64,000 bases of DNA from an archaeon (GCA_043814055.1 JBDRKL010000009.1:1-64000), one strand, 5' to 3'; numbered from the stretch's first letter, positions 39,578 through 50,130 are shown. The notes: generated from the letters alone by a model not told the origin. Program-made: numbers and translations.

Positions 39578-40354
39578 TTATAATAATTGTTTTTCAGCAT
39601 ACTCAACCGCATTCTTGAATATTTTAATTCCTTCAGGCTCTTTAACATCCTCGCGGGTCCACCTTGGGTGGTTGGTCCTGTGGATGAACGCTTCAGGGTG
39701 CGGCATAAGACCAAAGATTCTTCCTGATTTGCCGCAGAAACCTGCAATTCCATCTACTGAGCCGTTCGGATTAAATGGATAAGGAGGATTTAGGTTTCCT
39801 TCTGAATCTGTGTAGCGCATCACGAGCTGCTTGTTCTTCTGCATTTCTTTGAGCACTGAATCGTCTTTTGGAACGAATTTGCCTTCGCCGTGCCTCACTG
39901 GGAGATACATTTTTTCAATTCCTTTTGTCCAGATGCACGGCGAGTCCTGCTCAACTTTCAGATAGGTCCAGCGGTCTTCAAGCCGCGCAGAATCGTTGTG
40001 CGTCAAGGTGAAAGATTGCTCGTCAGGAGTTGGGAGAAGCGGGTATTTCATAAGCACTTGGAAGCCGTTGCAGATTCCGATTATGAGCTTCTGGTCAGAA
40101 ACGAACTGCTGAATCTGCTCATCCAGGTTGTTCTTCATCTTGAGCATCAGCACTTTGCCGCCGCCGAGGTTGTCCGCGAATGAGAACCCACCGGGCAGTG
40201 CGAGGATTTGGTAGTCCTCAAGCTTCTTCGCGCCGTTGATTAATTCATTAATGTGAACTTTTTCAGCTTCAGCACCGGCTAGCTCAAACACGTGCTGCGT
40301 TTCGTAGTCGCAGTTTATTCCATAGCCGGTTAGGATGAGTGCTTTAACGTCCAT
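39578..40354 (-). CDS. purQ: FGAM synthase glutaminase subunit
   Basis: PGGFSF, GICNGFQ, HGEG, LMPHPE. Confidence 0.95.
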   Translation of the reverse strand: MDVKALILTGYGINCDYETQHVFELAGAEAEKVHINELINGAKKLEDYQILALPGGFSFADNLGGGKVLMLKMKNNLDEQIQQFVSDQKLIIGICNGFQVLMKYPLLPTPDEQSFTLTHNDSARLEDRWTYLKVEQDSPCIWTKGIEKMYLPVRHGEGKFVPKDDSVLKEMQKNKQLVMRYTDSEGNLNPPYPFNPNGSVDGIAGFCGKSGRIFGLMPHPEAFIHRTNHPRWTREDVKEPEGIKIFKNAVEYAEKQLL

Positions 40355-40355
40355 T

Positions 40356-43301
40356 TTAGAATCCTCCAAACGTGCTTTGCCACGCCCCCTTGAGCTCTGC
40401 AATGCTCTTATTGATTAGTTCGTTTCCGCCCTGAGTTATTTTGAGAATTGGTTCTTTTGTTACAACCCCAACCTCTGCAAATGGAATACCTTCCATTAGT
40501 TTTTCAAACTCTGCTTTTTTCTCTGGGTTGATTGTAACCACAAACCTGCCCGGGCTTTCTGAGTATAAAATCCGGGTTTCGTCATCCATATCAGCTGGGA
40601 CTTTTGCCAGGTCAATTTCCAAGCCAAGCCCGCCGCCGAACGCAACCTCTGCGAGCGAAACCGCTAAGCCGCCGAGGTAAACTCCGTGACAAGATTGAAT
40701 CAAGCTGTTTGAAATTGCAGATGAAACCGCTTTGTAAGTGTCAAGCGCGATTTCCTTGTCAAGTGTTGGAACATTTTTCCCAACTTTGTTGTGCATTTCG
40801 TAAAACTCAGAAGCTCCTAATTCATCTCGTGTTCCGCCAATCACATAAACCAAATCACCTTGGCTTTTCGCGTCCATTGAAACGCACTTCTCAACATCCT
40901 CAACTTTCGCAATTGCAGTGAAGTGGAGAGCAGGAAGCCCTGAGACTTTGTGCATCTTGCCTTTTGAGTCTTCAATGTTGCCGTCCACGAACATGCTGTC
41001 TTTTCCAGAAATACACGGCGTGTTGAAATGAGTTGTGTAATCGTAGAGCGCTTTGTTCGCACGGACTAGCTGGGCAAGCTTGTGCTTGCCGTCAGGGTTA
41101 TGCTTTTTGTCATAGATTGAGTTCGGCCAACAGAAGTTGTCGTTGAGCGCGATTTGCTCAAGTGAGCCTCCGACTGCAATTACGCGGCGGATTGCTTCAT
41201 CCAAAACGCACGCAGTCATGTGATAAGCGTCAATTTTTGAATACCGCGGGTTTATGGCAGACGCAGTTGCAAGCCCTTCGTTTGAATCCAGCAGAGGTTT
41301 CACAACTGCTGCATCTCCGCGCGCATCGTTCTCCGCGCCGATGAACATCTTCAGGGCGCTGCCTGCTTGAACTTCGTGGTCGTATTGCCGCTGGATGAAC
41401 TCCTTGCTCGCGATGTTCTCGCGGGCAAGCATCTTGAGAAGTGTTTCGTTGTGATCTTTTACTTTAATTTTTGGCTCAGCCTCAGATTTTGGATTGAACT
41501 CTGCCTCAAGCTCCAGTCTTGGAAAGCCGGAGTGCAGGAACTCCATATCAAGATACGCTGCTGTTTTGCCATCGTAGAGCAGGTGCAGTTTGCCAGTGCT
41601 CTTATACTCGCCAACAACAGCCATTTCAACATCATGCACTTTTGCAAGTGCCTCAAGCTCCCTGAGTTTGCCTGGCTTTGTTGCGATTATCATTCTTTCC
41701 TGTGATTCTGAAATCCAAATTTCCCACGGCGCTAAGCCGGCATATTTTGACTTGACTTTATCCAAGTGCACTTCGCACCCGTTTGAGTAGCGCGCGGTTT
41801 CTCCAATCGCTGAAGACAAACCCCCACCGCCGCAGTCGGTTATGCAGTTGTACATTCCTTTGTCCCTTGCTTCAAGCAAAAAGTCGTGCACTTTCTTCTG
41901 CGTGTAAGGGTCTCCAATTTGCACGTGGCCTGCGGTTATTTTCTCACTCAGCTCAAGCGAGGATTCTGTAACTCCGTGTATGCCGTCCTTCCCAACTCTG
42001 CCGCCGAGAATTATTATCAAGTCGCCGTTGTCTATGCTTTTCTCGTGCGCTGGAGCTCCGTTCACTTCTTTTGGCATCATCCCGAGCGCAGTAACATAAA
42101 CAAGCGGTTTTCCAATGTAAGAGTTATCAAAGAATGTCAAGCCGAAAGAAGTTGGAATTCCAGAGTTGTTACCGCCGTCTTTCACGCCTTCAATTATTCC
42201 TTCCAGCAGTCTGCGCGGTGGCATCTTCGGTTTTAAATCTCCAGTGTAAAAAGGGCTTCCTGTGCAGTAGCCGTACATTCCTGCGATGATTTTTGAGCCA
42301 AGTCCTGTGCCCATTGGATCCCTGTAAACTCCAACTATTCCAGTGAGCGCGCCGCCGTAGGGGTCCATTGCCGAAGGGCTGTTGTGCGTCTCGCACTTCA
42401 CAACATAGTTCCAAGCGTCATTGAATTTTGCCACACCTGCGTTGTCCCAGAACATTGAAACAATCCAAGGCACTTTTTTCCTGATTTCCTCTGCGGATTT
42501 TTTTATGTAAGTGTCAAACAGGCTGTCAATCTGCCAGCCCTCATAGTTTATCAAGCCGTTGAAAATTCTGTGCTTGCAGTGCTCGCTCTGGGTCTGCCCA
42601 ATCATTTCAAGCTCTACATCTGTTGGTTTCTCGCTGAGTCCTGCTTTTTTTCTCGCTTCCTGCACCTCGGGTTTTTCGTAATATGATTTTACCACGTGCA
42701 TGTCCGCCAAGCTTAAAGCAAGCGACCTGGACTCGCTGAGTTTTAAAAGCTCCTTGTCATTGCCAAGCTCAAGCTCTTTCACTTCTGGCTCGTGCTTGAG
42801 CTCAACTTTAGGGATTTTGAATTCCGGCTTGAACTCAGATTTTGAAAAAATGCTCCACCGCTCAATCATGTCGTTTCCGAGCAGCTCGCCAGCGATTTGC
42901 TCAGCCTGCTTTTTCGTGATTTTGCCCTTGAGCAGGTACTGCGCCGCGGTGTAAACGTGCTCCCCGCCCTTGAGCTTGAATTTCAGAACATCTTCAATCG
43001 CTCTTGCAGCCACGTCGCCTGTGTTGTCCTTCACACCCGGCAGATAGCCAACTTCAACAATGTAGTCCAAATCCTCTGCGAGCGAGTCGTAAGAGGAGGT
43101 TTGCGTGATTTGGTCTGTGAAAACTTCATTCTTAACTTTCTCAAGCTGCTCATCGCTCAGCACAGCATCAATCAAAAACAAGTCAATCTTCTGCACTGAG
43201 TCCAGCGCGATGCCAAAATAGTCCCTGACGCGCTTTTTGACATAGTCTCCCTTAGAGTCCGTGAACTCCGGCTTGAACATTACAGATAAGCGGTGCGCCA
43301 T
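40356..43301 (-). CDS. purL: FGAM synthase PurL with PurS-like N-terminal region
   Basis: SEHCKH, ETHNSPS, ISESQER, QYDHEVQ, YSESPGR; about 980 aa. Confidence 0.95.
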   Translation of the reverse strand: MAHRLSVMFKPEFTDSKGDYVKKRVRDYFGIALDSVQKIDLFLIDAVLSDEQLEKVKNEVFTDQITQTSSYDSLAEDLDYIVEVGYLPGVKDNTGDVAARAIEDVLKFKLKGGEHVYTAAQYLLKGKITKKQAEQIAGELLGNDMIERWSIFSKSEFKPEFKIPKVELKHEPEVKELELGNDKELLKLSESRSLALSLADMHVVKSYYEKPEVQEARKKAGLSEKPTDVELEMIGQTQSEHCKHRIFNGLINYEGWQIDSLFDTYIKKSAEEIRKKVPWIVSMFWDNAGVAKFNDAWNYVVKCETHNSPSAMDPYGGALTGIVGVYRDPMGTGLGSKIIAGMYGYCTGSPFYTGDLKPKMPPRRLLEGIIEGVKDGGNNSGIPTSFGLTFFDNSYIGKPLVYVTALGMMPKEVNGAPAHEKSIDNGDLIIILGGRVGKDGIHGVTESSLELSEKITAGHVQIGDPYTQKKVHDFLLEARDKGMYNCITDCGGGGLSSAIGETARYSNGCEVHLDKVKSKYAGLAPWEIWISESQERMIIATKPGKLRELEALAKVHDVEMAVVGEYKSTGKLHLLYDGKTAAYLDMEFLHSGFPRLELEAEFNPKSEAEPKIKVKDHNETLLKMLARENIASKEFIQRQYDHEVQAGSALKMFIGAENDARGDAAVVKPLLDSNEGLATASAINPRYSKIDAYHMTACVLDEAIRRVIAVGGSLEQIALNDNFCWPNSIYDKKHNPDGKHKLAQLVRANKALYDYTTHFNTPCISGKDSMFVDGNIEDSKGKMHKVSGLPALHFTAIAKVEDVEKCVSMDAKSQGDLVYVIGGTRDELGASEFYEMHNKVGKNVPTLDKEIALDTYKAVSSAISNSLIQSCHGVYLGGLAVSLAEVAFGGGLGLEIDLAKVPADMDDETRILYSESPGRFVVTINPEKKAEFEKLMEGIPFAEVGVVTKEPILKITQGGNELINKSIAELKGAWQSTFGGF

Positions 43302-43363
43302 TCTAAAGCTTATTAGGCGCGGCAATATATAAAAACTTTGAGGATGAAAAGAATAAATTAATT

Positions 43364-44119
43364 ATGAACGAACACAGTAAAAAATTCTGTGCATTTGAGC
43401 ATGAAAGGTATGGGCATATTTTTAACGGGTACTGCATGCGGCCGAACTCGCCAGCAACAAAACTAAGAGCTGATATAGGCGAGATTAGGGTTGTGGGAAC
43501 TGACTTTAAAGTACTACAGGAATTTCTGCTGAAACATGGAACCCGCTATTACCCTAAGGGTCTGCTGGGGAATGACTGGATTGGGGACATTAACATTTTA
43601 TGGTTTTACGAAGCTGTGAATGCTGAAAGCGGCTACAGGAAAGAGCTGGATAGAAAGGTAATAAGCGCGCTTGGGGATGAAAGAAAAACACTGGCTGAGA
43701 TAAGCAAGGAATTGGAACTGCAGACGAGAGCTACATGGGATTGCATGCGCGAAGCTTTAAGAATAAATATCATAGTAAAAGAGCACGATACAATAAAAGG
43801 GACTGTCTACAGAGTTAATTATGAATTCTTAAAGGCAGTGCTGGAGTATCACAATAGCCATGCTGAGCGCTTTGTTAAAATCATGGAAGCAGCCCTGAAA
43901 GATGACATGGAAAAAAGAAAGATTGGAAGTTTGCAGGGCTTGGCAATAAAATCCAATATTATAAGAGATAAATATGAAAACGCAGAGAGAATCACAATGC
44001 ACGTCAAGACCAATACGAGGAAGCATAAAAGGAAATTAGAGCTAAAGATTGCATTTTTTGCAAACCCGATACTGGTAAATCTGGATGAGGGGGGAATACC
44101 CTTGGAAAAATTGGAATAA
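43364..44119 (+). CDS. Hypothetical protein with possible winged helix
   Basis: KTLAEISKEL..GTVYRVN; AT-richer than flanking genes. Confidence 0.55.
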   Translation: MNEHSKKFCAFEHERYGHIFNGYCMRPNSPATKLRADIGEIRVVGTDFKVLQEFLLKHGTRYYPKGLLGNDWIGDINILWFYEAVNAESGYRKELDRKVISALGDERKTLAEISKELELQTRATWDCMREALRINIIVKEHDTIKGTVYRVNYEFLKAVLEYHNSHAERFVKIMEAALKDDMEKRKIGSLQGLAIKSNIIRDKYENAERITMHVKTNTRKHKRKLELKIAFFANPILVNLDEGGIPLEKLE

Positions 44120-45718
44120 TCAACCCAAACACGCTTTAATGAAACTCTTAAACAGCGGCGCCGGCTTCTCAACCCTAGACTTGAACTCCGGGTGGAACTG
44201 CGACGCGATGAAGAACGGATGCTCTTTCTTTGGCAGTTCAAGTATCTCCATTATTTCACCATCCGGCGACCTGCCTGAGAATACCAATCCTGCTTTCTCC
44301 AGAGTCTTGACATACTTTGGATTGAACTCATACCGGTGCCTGTGCCTCTCGTCAATCCTGTCCTTGTTGTAAATTGAATGCGCGAGTGTTCCTTTCTTCA
44401 GCCTGCACGGCCACGTGCCCAATCTCATTGTCGCGCCCATATCAATTCCCTTGTATTGCGTGGGCAGGATGAATATGACCGGGTGCTTTGTTTTTGGATC
44501 AACTTCAGTGCTGTTCGCTCCTTTCAACCCAGCGGCATCTCTTGCAAACCCCACACTCGCCAATTGGAACCCATAGCACAACCCGAGGAATGGAATCTTG
44601 TTCTTCCTTGCGTAGTTAATCGCTGCGATTTTGCCCTCTACCCCGCGACCGCCGAACCCGCCAGGCACAATTAAACCGTCAATATCATCAAGAACCTTAA
44701 GCTTTTTTGGGTCATTCTCAAAGTCAGTCATCTCAAGCCATTTTATCTCAACCTTGCAGTTGTTCGCGCCTGCCGCGTGCTTGAGCGACTCGGTTATGCT
44801 CACATAAGAATCGTTAAGCGCGGTGTATTTGCCTGCCATTGCGATTTTCACAGTTTTCTTCGCGTTGTTCATATCCTGCACGACTTTCTTCCAGCTCTTG
44901 AAATCATTCTTTCGTTTCTTCAAACCCAGCTTCTTCAGGATTTTTTCCCCGATTCGTTCTTCCTGCAGGACAAGCGGGACCTCATACAGGTTTGAAACAT
45001 CCGGGTCTGAGATTATGTATTTCTCGTCAACATTGCAGAACAGGGAAATTTTCTCCTTGGTCTTCTTTAACAGCTTGTTCGGCGAGCGCGCCAGTATGAA
45101 ATCCGGCTGTACCCCGGCTTCCTGCAGTCTTTGAATTGAGTGCTGTGTCGGCTTGGTCTTCTGCTCCCCGACAACTGAAATCTCCGGCACAAGCGTTACG
45201 TGGAGAAACAGGACATTCTCAGGCCCTGCCTCCCTGTGCAACTGCCTCGCTGCCTCCAGAAATGGCATGCTCTCTATGTCCCCGACTGTTCCGCCAATTT
45301 CAACTATCACAAAATCCGTGCCTTTTGAAACTGCTTTTATCTGATTCTTGATTTCGTCTATGACGTGCGGGATAATTTGAACGGTTTTTCCAAGGTAGTC
45401 GCCCTTGCGCTCCTTGTCAATAACGGCCTTGTAAACCTTGCCGGTCGTTATGTTATTTTTCCGCTCCAGATTCAAGTTTAAGAACCGCTCGTAATTGCCA
45501 AGGTCCATGTCCACTTCGCCGCCATCGTCCAAAACGAAGACCTCGCCGTGCTCAAATGGATTCATTGTGCCGGCGTCAACATTCAAGTAGGGGTCAACCT
45601 TGACCATATTAACCTTAAAACCGTAGCACTGCAGAATCTTGCCAATAGAAGAAGATACGATGCCCTTGCCTAATCCTGAAAGAACTCCACCTGTTGTGAT
45701 TATGTACTTGGTTTGCAT
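44120..45718 (-). CDS. pyrG: CTP synthase
   Basis: [38 protein letters not shown]. Confidence 0.98.
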   Translation of the reverse strand: MQTKYIITTGGVLSGLGKGIVSSSIGKILQCYGFKVNMVKVDPYLNVDAGTMNPFEHGEVFVLDDGGEVDMDLGNYERFLNLNLERKNNITTGKVYKAVIDKERKGDYLGKTVQIIPHVIDEIKNQIKAVSKGTDFVIVEIGGTVGDIESMPFLEAARQLHREAGPENVLFLHVTLVPEISVVGEQKTKPTQHSIQRLQEAGVQPDFILARSPNKLLKKTKEKISLFCNVDEKYIISDPDVSNLYEVPLVLQEERIGEKILKKLGLKKRKNDFKSWKKVVQDMNNAKKTVKIAMAGKYTALNDSYVSITESLKHAAGANNCKVEIKWLEMTDFENDPKKLKVLDDIDGLIVPGGFGGRGVEGKIAAINYARKNKIPFLGLCYGFQLASVGFARDAAGLKGANSTEVDPKTKHPVIFILPTQYKGIDMGATMRLGTWPCRLKKGTLAHSIYNKDRIDERHRHRYEFNPKYVKTLEKAGLVFSGRSPDGEIMEILELPKKEHPFFIASQFHPEFKSRVEKPAPLFKSFIKACLG

Positions 45719-45764
45719 AATTATTGATGGTCGAGGTTATATAAAAGGATTTCTTTGAGATAGG

Positions 45765-45814
45765 GGCTTCGCCGAAGGTGAATGCCCCAGCTTTACCTCC
45801 GCAAGCAGGCGGAG
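45765..45814 (+). repeat. Family A element, free intergenic copy
   Basis: GGCTTCGCCGAAGGTGAATGCC-CCAGCTTTA-CCTCCGCAAGCAGGCGGAG. Confidence 0.85.
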
Positions 45815-45825
45815 ATATAAAAGAC

Positions 45826-46155
45826 TTACTCAGCCCTTATGAACGCGCAGCTCGTGGTGACCTCAACAAAGTGGTGCGTTTCGCCGTTTATGAAAGACTC
45901 GCACTGGTTCTCAGCCAAGTCATCAACTGCCTGCCGCGGTGAGTGCGCGATGTCGCAGACCCAGTCCTCAGCAATTTCCTGGTTTAAACATGGTCCTGCC
46001 TCGGTTAAAGTGCCGTCAGCCATTGAGCGAATGCACGCGGTTATGCAGAACTGCTTGGCGTCTTCAACTGGCGCGGGAATTTTTTCCTTAGCGCTGATGC
46101 AGCCGCTCATAAGAATTACAAGAATAAGAACAATTGCAAATGTCTTAAGCTTCAT
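45826..46155 (-). CDS. Small Cys-rich lipoprotein-like protein
   Basis: LMSGC signal; GPCL..WVCDIAHSPRQAVD..NQC..HFVEV. Confidence 0.7.
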   Translation of the reverse strand: MKLKTFAIVLILVILMSGCISAKEKIPAPVEDAKQFCITACIRSMADGTLTEAGPCLNQEIAEDWVCDIAHSPRQAVDDLAENQCESFINGETHHFVEVTTSCAFIRAE

Positions 46156-46191
46156 GATTGCACAAAGGGCTCTGCGTTTATAAGGGTTACG

Positions 46192-46845
46192 CTACGCTAC
46201 AAATTCAAGCAGTTTTGGGGCGAGCAGAATCGCAAAATAATAATTTATAACAAAGCAGGTCATGTTTGAGACTCCGACTTTTATAGGGGGTATTTGACCC
46301 ACTATCAAAAGAGCCATTTTCATAGAACGGCCTGCTGCAAATGCAATCATGTAAACCAGCAGAAAATTTGCAAGCACAAAATTCATGCCAAAGAATGACA
46401 AGAACACCCAAAGAACCGTGGACGATGTCATTAAATTAAGAAAATTTGACAAGTTGTGAAGGAAGCTCTTCTCAATAAATGCATCCAGTGGGGTTTCATA
46501 TAATTCAAGGAGGAATGTAACCATTGCTGCAGCAAGCGCAGTGATAAACCCCACAGTTGGACCAAAGGTTATAGTTATCACAAACAGCATGAGAAATGCC
46601 ATTTCCAAACCGTTTCTATTCATTTGCGCCGCGCTTGAAAACGCAAATATAGGGAACAATAAGAACAGCATTAGATAGGAAGGTCCGCTTGAAGGGCTGG
46701 AAATACCTGAAGTGAAGAGACCAAGCAAGATTAAAAACGTAAGAACTCCAAGCAAGATGATAATAAGGAGAATAGCCCATGCTGGAAGTCTGAAAATGAG
46801 GTCCTTGACCTTCTGAAATGGACCAGATCGCTTTCCATAGGTCAT
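46192..46845 (-). CDS. Multi-pass membrane protein
   Basis: About 6 hydrophobic segments. Confidence 0.6.
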   Translation of the reverse strand: MTYGKRSGPFQKVKDLIFRLPAWAILLIIILLGVLTFLILLGLFTSGISSPSSGPSYLMLFLLFPIFAFSSAAQMNRNGLEMAFLMLFVITITFGPTVGFITALAAAMVTFLLELYETPLDAFIEKSFLHNLSNFLNLMTSSTVLWVFLSFFGMNFVLANFLLVYMIAFAAGRSMKMALLIVGQIPPIKVGVSNMTCFVINYYFAILLAPKLLEFVA

Positions 46846-46889
46846 GAACAACTAATAGATTAAGAGTTTAATAAGCTATTGCATATAGG

Positions 46890-47771
46890 TTAGAACAGCT
46901 CTTCGCCGACTAGGCGGACATATGCCTCAAGGTACTTGTCGCTCGTGTTCTTCACAACTTCAGGGGGTAGTTTTGGCACAGGCGGCGCCTTGTTCCAGTT
47001 CTGACTTACTAGGTAATCGCGTACGTACTGCTTGTCAAAGCTCGGCTGGTCCGCGCCTGGCACATAATTATCAAACGGCCAGAAGCGCGAAGAGTCTGGT
47101 GTTAAAACTTCGTCAATGATTATGACTTCATTGCCGAATTTGCCGAACTCAAATTTGGTGTCCGCGAGAATTATGTTCTTTGTGAGCGCGTATTCAGCCG
47201 CCTTGTTGTAAATTGCGATTGACTTTTCCTGAAGCTCGTAAATCACGTCACCAACTTGTTTTGCCGCTTCGTCAATGCTGGTATTAACATCGTGACCGCC
47301 AACCGCCGCCTTGGTTGAGGGAGTGAATATTGGCTGGGGCAACTGCTCTCCGTTCGTGAGGCCGCCAGGCAATTCCTGCCCGCAGACCTTGCCTGTTTTT
47401 TGGTATTCTTTCCAGCCAGAGCCAGCAAGATAGCCACGCACAATGCACTCAATCGGGAACGGCTTGGCCTTTTTTACTATAAGCGAGCGGTCCTGAAGCT
47501 CAATGTGCTGTCTCAACTCCTCTGGGAATTGCGCAAAGTCCCACTGAACCACATGATTTGGAACTATGTCCTTGATGAGATCAAACCAGAATACTGAGAG
47601 CTTTGTTAGAACAACGCCCTTGTAGGGAATGCCATTTGGCAGTATGTGGTCAAACGCGGAAATCCTGTCAGTCGCTACCATCAGGTAGTTGTCGCCAAGG
47701 TCGTACATCTCGCGCACCTTGCCAGAGTTCACGTGCTTGAAAGGGAGGTTTAGTTTTGTTACAACATTCAT
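46890..47771 (-). CDS. purC: SAICAR synthetase
   Basis: SGKVRE, DRISAFD, DTKFEFG, DEVLTPDSSRFW, FDKQYVR. Confidence 0.97.
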   Translation of the reverse strand: MNVVTKLNLPFKHVNSGKVREMYDLGDNYLMVATDRISAFDHILPNGIPYKGVVLTKLSVFWFDLIKDIVPNHVVQWDFAQFPEELRQHIELQDRSLIVKKAKPFPIECIVRGYLAGSGWKEYQKTGKVCGQELPGGLTNGEQLPQPIFTPSTKAAVGGHDVNTSIDEAAKQVGDVIYELQEKSIAIYNKAAEYALTKNIILADTKFEFGKFGNEVIIIDEVLTPDSSRFWPFDNYVPGADQPSFDKQYVRDYLVSQNWNKAPPVPKLPPEVVKNTSDKYLEAYVRLVGEELF

Positions 47772-47772
47772 T

Positions 47773-49299
47773 TTAGTGCCTGAAAGCCCTCACCCCTGTG
47801 AAAGCCATTGCAATTCCGTGTTCGTCAGCAGCCTTTATTACCTCTTCGTCCCGAACTGAGCCGCCCGGCTGCACGATTGCGATTACTCCGCCCTTTGCAA
47901 CCTCGTCAATCCCGTCGCGGAACGGGAAGAATCCGTCAGAGGCGAGAACCGCGCCCTTTGAAAGTTCACCCGCCTTCTTGGTCGCGAGCATTGAGGAATC
48001 CACGCGAGACATCTGCCCTGCGCCTACGCCGACTGTTTTTTTATCCTTAACTAATAGAATTGCGTTTGACTTCACGTATTTTATCACATTGTACGCGAAG
48101 AGCATGTCCGCAATTTGCTCTTTTGTCGGCTTTTTCTTGGTGACAACCTTGAGGTCTTTCTCAGTTATAGTCGGGGTGTTGTTCTCGCGCACGAGTATGC
48201 CGCCGCCAACTGAAGTAATGAAATGCTCGCGGGTGCGCTCAAGCCCAGGATCCTTCAGCCGGATGATTCGAATATTCTTTTTCCCCTTTAGGATTTCAAG
48301 CGCCTCTGGCTCAAAGTCAGGGGCATAAACAACTTCCATGAAGATTTCCGCAATCTGGTTCGCGACTTCAGCGCAGCAGGTCCTGTTAAGCCCGACAACG
48401 CCGCCGAAAGCTGAAACCGGGTCGCAGTCCAGCGCGTTCCTGAACGCGTCAACTATGTTCGTTGCTGATGCCACGCCGCATGGAGTGACGTGCTTGAGTA
48501 TTATAGCTGTCGGCTCTGTGAAGTCGTGAGCCATTTCAATCGCAGTGTCTATGTCTAATATATTATTATAGGAGAGCTCTTTGCCGTGGAGCTGCTCAGC
48601 ATTGGGGAAGCACGCACCCTGCGGGTTCTTCTTCGCGTAGAACGCTGCGCCCTCGTGCGGGTTTTCGCCGTAGCGCAGGTTTTCCACTTTTGAATAGGAG
48701 CCCAGAAGCTGGGCTGGGAATTTTTCCTTCTCAAGGTAATTTGAAATCGCAACATCGTAATTCGCAGTGTGCTGGAACGCTTCTTTAGCAAGTTCGTATC
48801 TGAACCCGGAGTCAATTTTTCCTTTTTTAAGCTCTGCCAGGACCCTGCTGTATCTTGAAGGGTCAACCACCACAAGAACATTCTCGTGGTTCTTCGCTGC
48901 AGCGCGAATCATTGTGGGCCCGCCGATGTCAATGTTCTCTATTGCGTCCTCAAACGTGTGTTCGCCTGAGATTACACTTTCAAATGGATAGAGGTTAACA
49001 ACAACAATGTCAATCGGCTCAATGCCGTGCTCTTTCATCTCCTTTATGTGGCCATTGTCATTTCTGTTTGCAAGTATGCCGCCGTGGATTTTCGGGTGCA
49101 GGGTCTTCATGCGACCGCCGAGCATATGCGGGTATTCTGTGAGCTCTGAAACTTCTGTGACTGCGATTCCAGCTCCTTGTAGGTGCTTAGCTGTGCCGCT
49201 GGAGGAAATTATTTCATAGCCGAGCTCAGTGAGCCCTTTGCAAAATTCAGCAATGCCTTCCTTGTCATAAACGCTAATAAGCGCTAGTTTTTTTGCCAT
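47773..49299 (-). CDS. purH: Bifunctional AICAR transformylase/IMP cyclohydrolase
   Basis: KTLHP, VNLYPF, IDIGGP, LRYGENPH, GQMSRVD, QPGGS. Confidence 0.97.
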   Translation of the reverse strand: MAKKLALISVYDKEGIAEFCKGLTELGYEIISSSGTAKHLQGAGIAVTEVSELTEYPHMLGGRMKTLHPKIHGGILANRNDNGHIKEMKEHGIEPIDIVVVNLYPFESVISGEHTFEDAIENIDIGGPTMIRAAAKNHENVLVVVDPSRYSRVLAELKKGKIDSGFRYELAKEAFQHTANYDVAISNYLEKEKFPAQLLGSYSKVENLRYGENPHEGAAFYAKKNPQGACFPNAEQLHGKELSYNNILDIDTAIEMAHDFTEPTAIILKHVTPCGVASATNIVDAFRNALDCDPVSAFGGVVGLNRTCCAEVANQIAEIFMEVVYAPDFEPEALEILKGKKNIRIIRLKDPGLERTREHFITSVGGGILVRENNTPTITEKDLKVVTKKKPTKEQIADMLFAYNVIKYVKSNAILLVKDKKTVGVGAGQMSRVDSSMLATKKAGELSKGAVLASDGFFPFRDGIDEVAKGGVIAIVQPGGSVRDEEVIKAADEHGIAMAFTGVRAFRH

Positions 49300-49386
49300 T
49301 CTCTACCTCAGGTTCTGCTAAGCCGCGTGACTATTTAATTCTTGCGCCGCGCAACATTTATAACCCCTCTGCACTTACGATTTTTC

Positions 49387-49854
49387 ATGGTTGTACCAAT
49401 AATTGAATTACTCGCAGGCGGCGAAGGAACTGTTGGGCTCATCAGGACTCTCGTACTGCTTTTAGTAGTTTTGATATCCATCCTCTCGCTTTACTTCTCG
49501 CGGCTCCAGGGCGCAAAGCTCAAACTAATTGACATTCGGGAGCAGGTCCCTCTGAGCGCGGCACACCACACAATCATATTCACGAACTATGGGAACAAGA
49601 CTGGTGTTGTCATAGGTCCGAAAGTGATTGCAGGCGAGGATGCCGAGTGCGAGGACATCAACGCTGACAAAGACGTTCTTGCAATAGAGCCGCACAGCAC
49701 GCTGGTCCGCAACGTGGAAGTTCACTCAGAAGTGGAGAAGAACTTTGACTACCACATAGAATACACAACGCACAAGGGCAAAATCTTGAAGCTTCCGAAG
49801 AGCACCTATCTTGGTAGCTCAAAGGGCCTGGGCGACGCAGGCAGTAGTCAGTAA
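49387..49854 (+). CDS. Single-pass membrane protein
   Basis: N-terminal TM helix followed by a beta-rich domain. Confidence 0.6.
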   Translation: MVVPIIELLAGGEGTVGLIRTLVLLLVVLISILSLYFSRLQGAKLKLIDIREQVPLSAAHHTIIFTNYGNKTGVVIGPKVIAGEDAECEDINADKDVLAIEPHSTLVRNVEVHSEVEKNFDYHIEYTTHKGKILKLPKSTYLGSSKGLGDAGSSQ

Positions 49855-50034
49855 AAGCTATAAAAACTATAGCTTACATAGTTTTGTTGCATCCTTTCCG
49901 AAAGGGGAAGGGATGCTGTTCAAAAGTTAATTTCGCAAAACGGTGACCAAAGGCAACCAGATTGCTTTTGTAAGGTGGCTTCGCGAACGCAGTGAGCGAA
50001 TGCCGCCTAAAGTGTCAACTGCTTTTGCAGTTGT

Positions 50035-50123
50035 GTCGGGGTGGCACAACCTGGTACTGCGTAGGGTTGCTAACCCTATTGGACGTAAGTCCTTCGCGAG
50101 TTCAAATCTCGTCCCCGACGCCA
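50035..50123 (+). tRNA. tRNA-Ser(GCT)
   Basis: GTCGGGG/CCCCGAC acceptor, TAGGG-TTGCTAA-CCCTA anticodon arm, long variable arm, G discriminator plus CCA. Confidence 0.95.
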
Positions 50124-50130
50124 TACTCAC

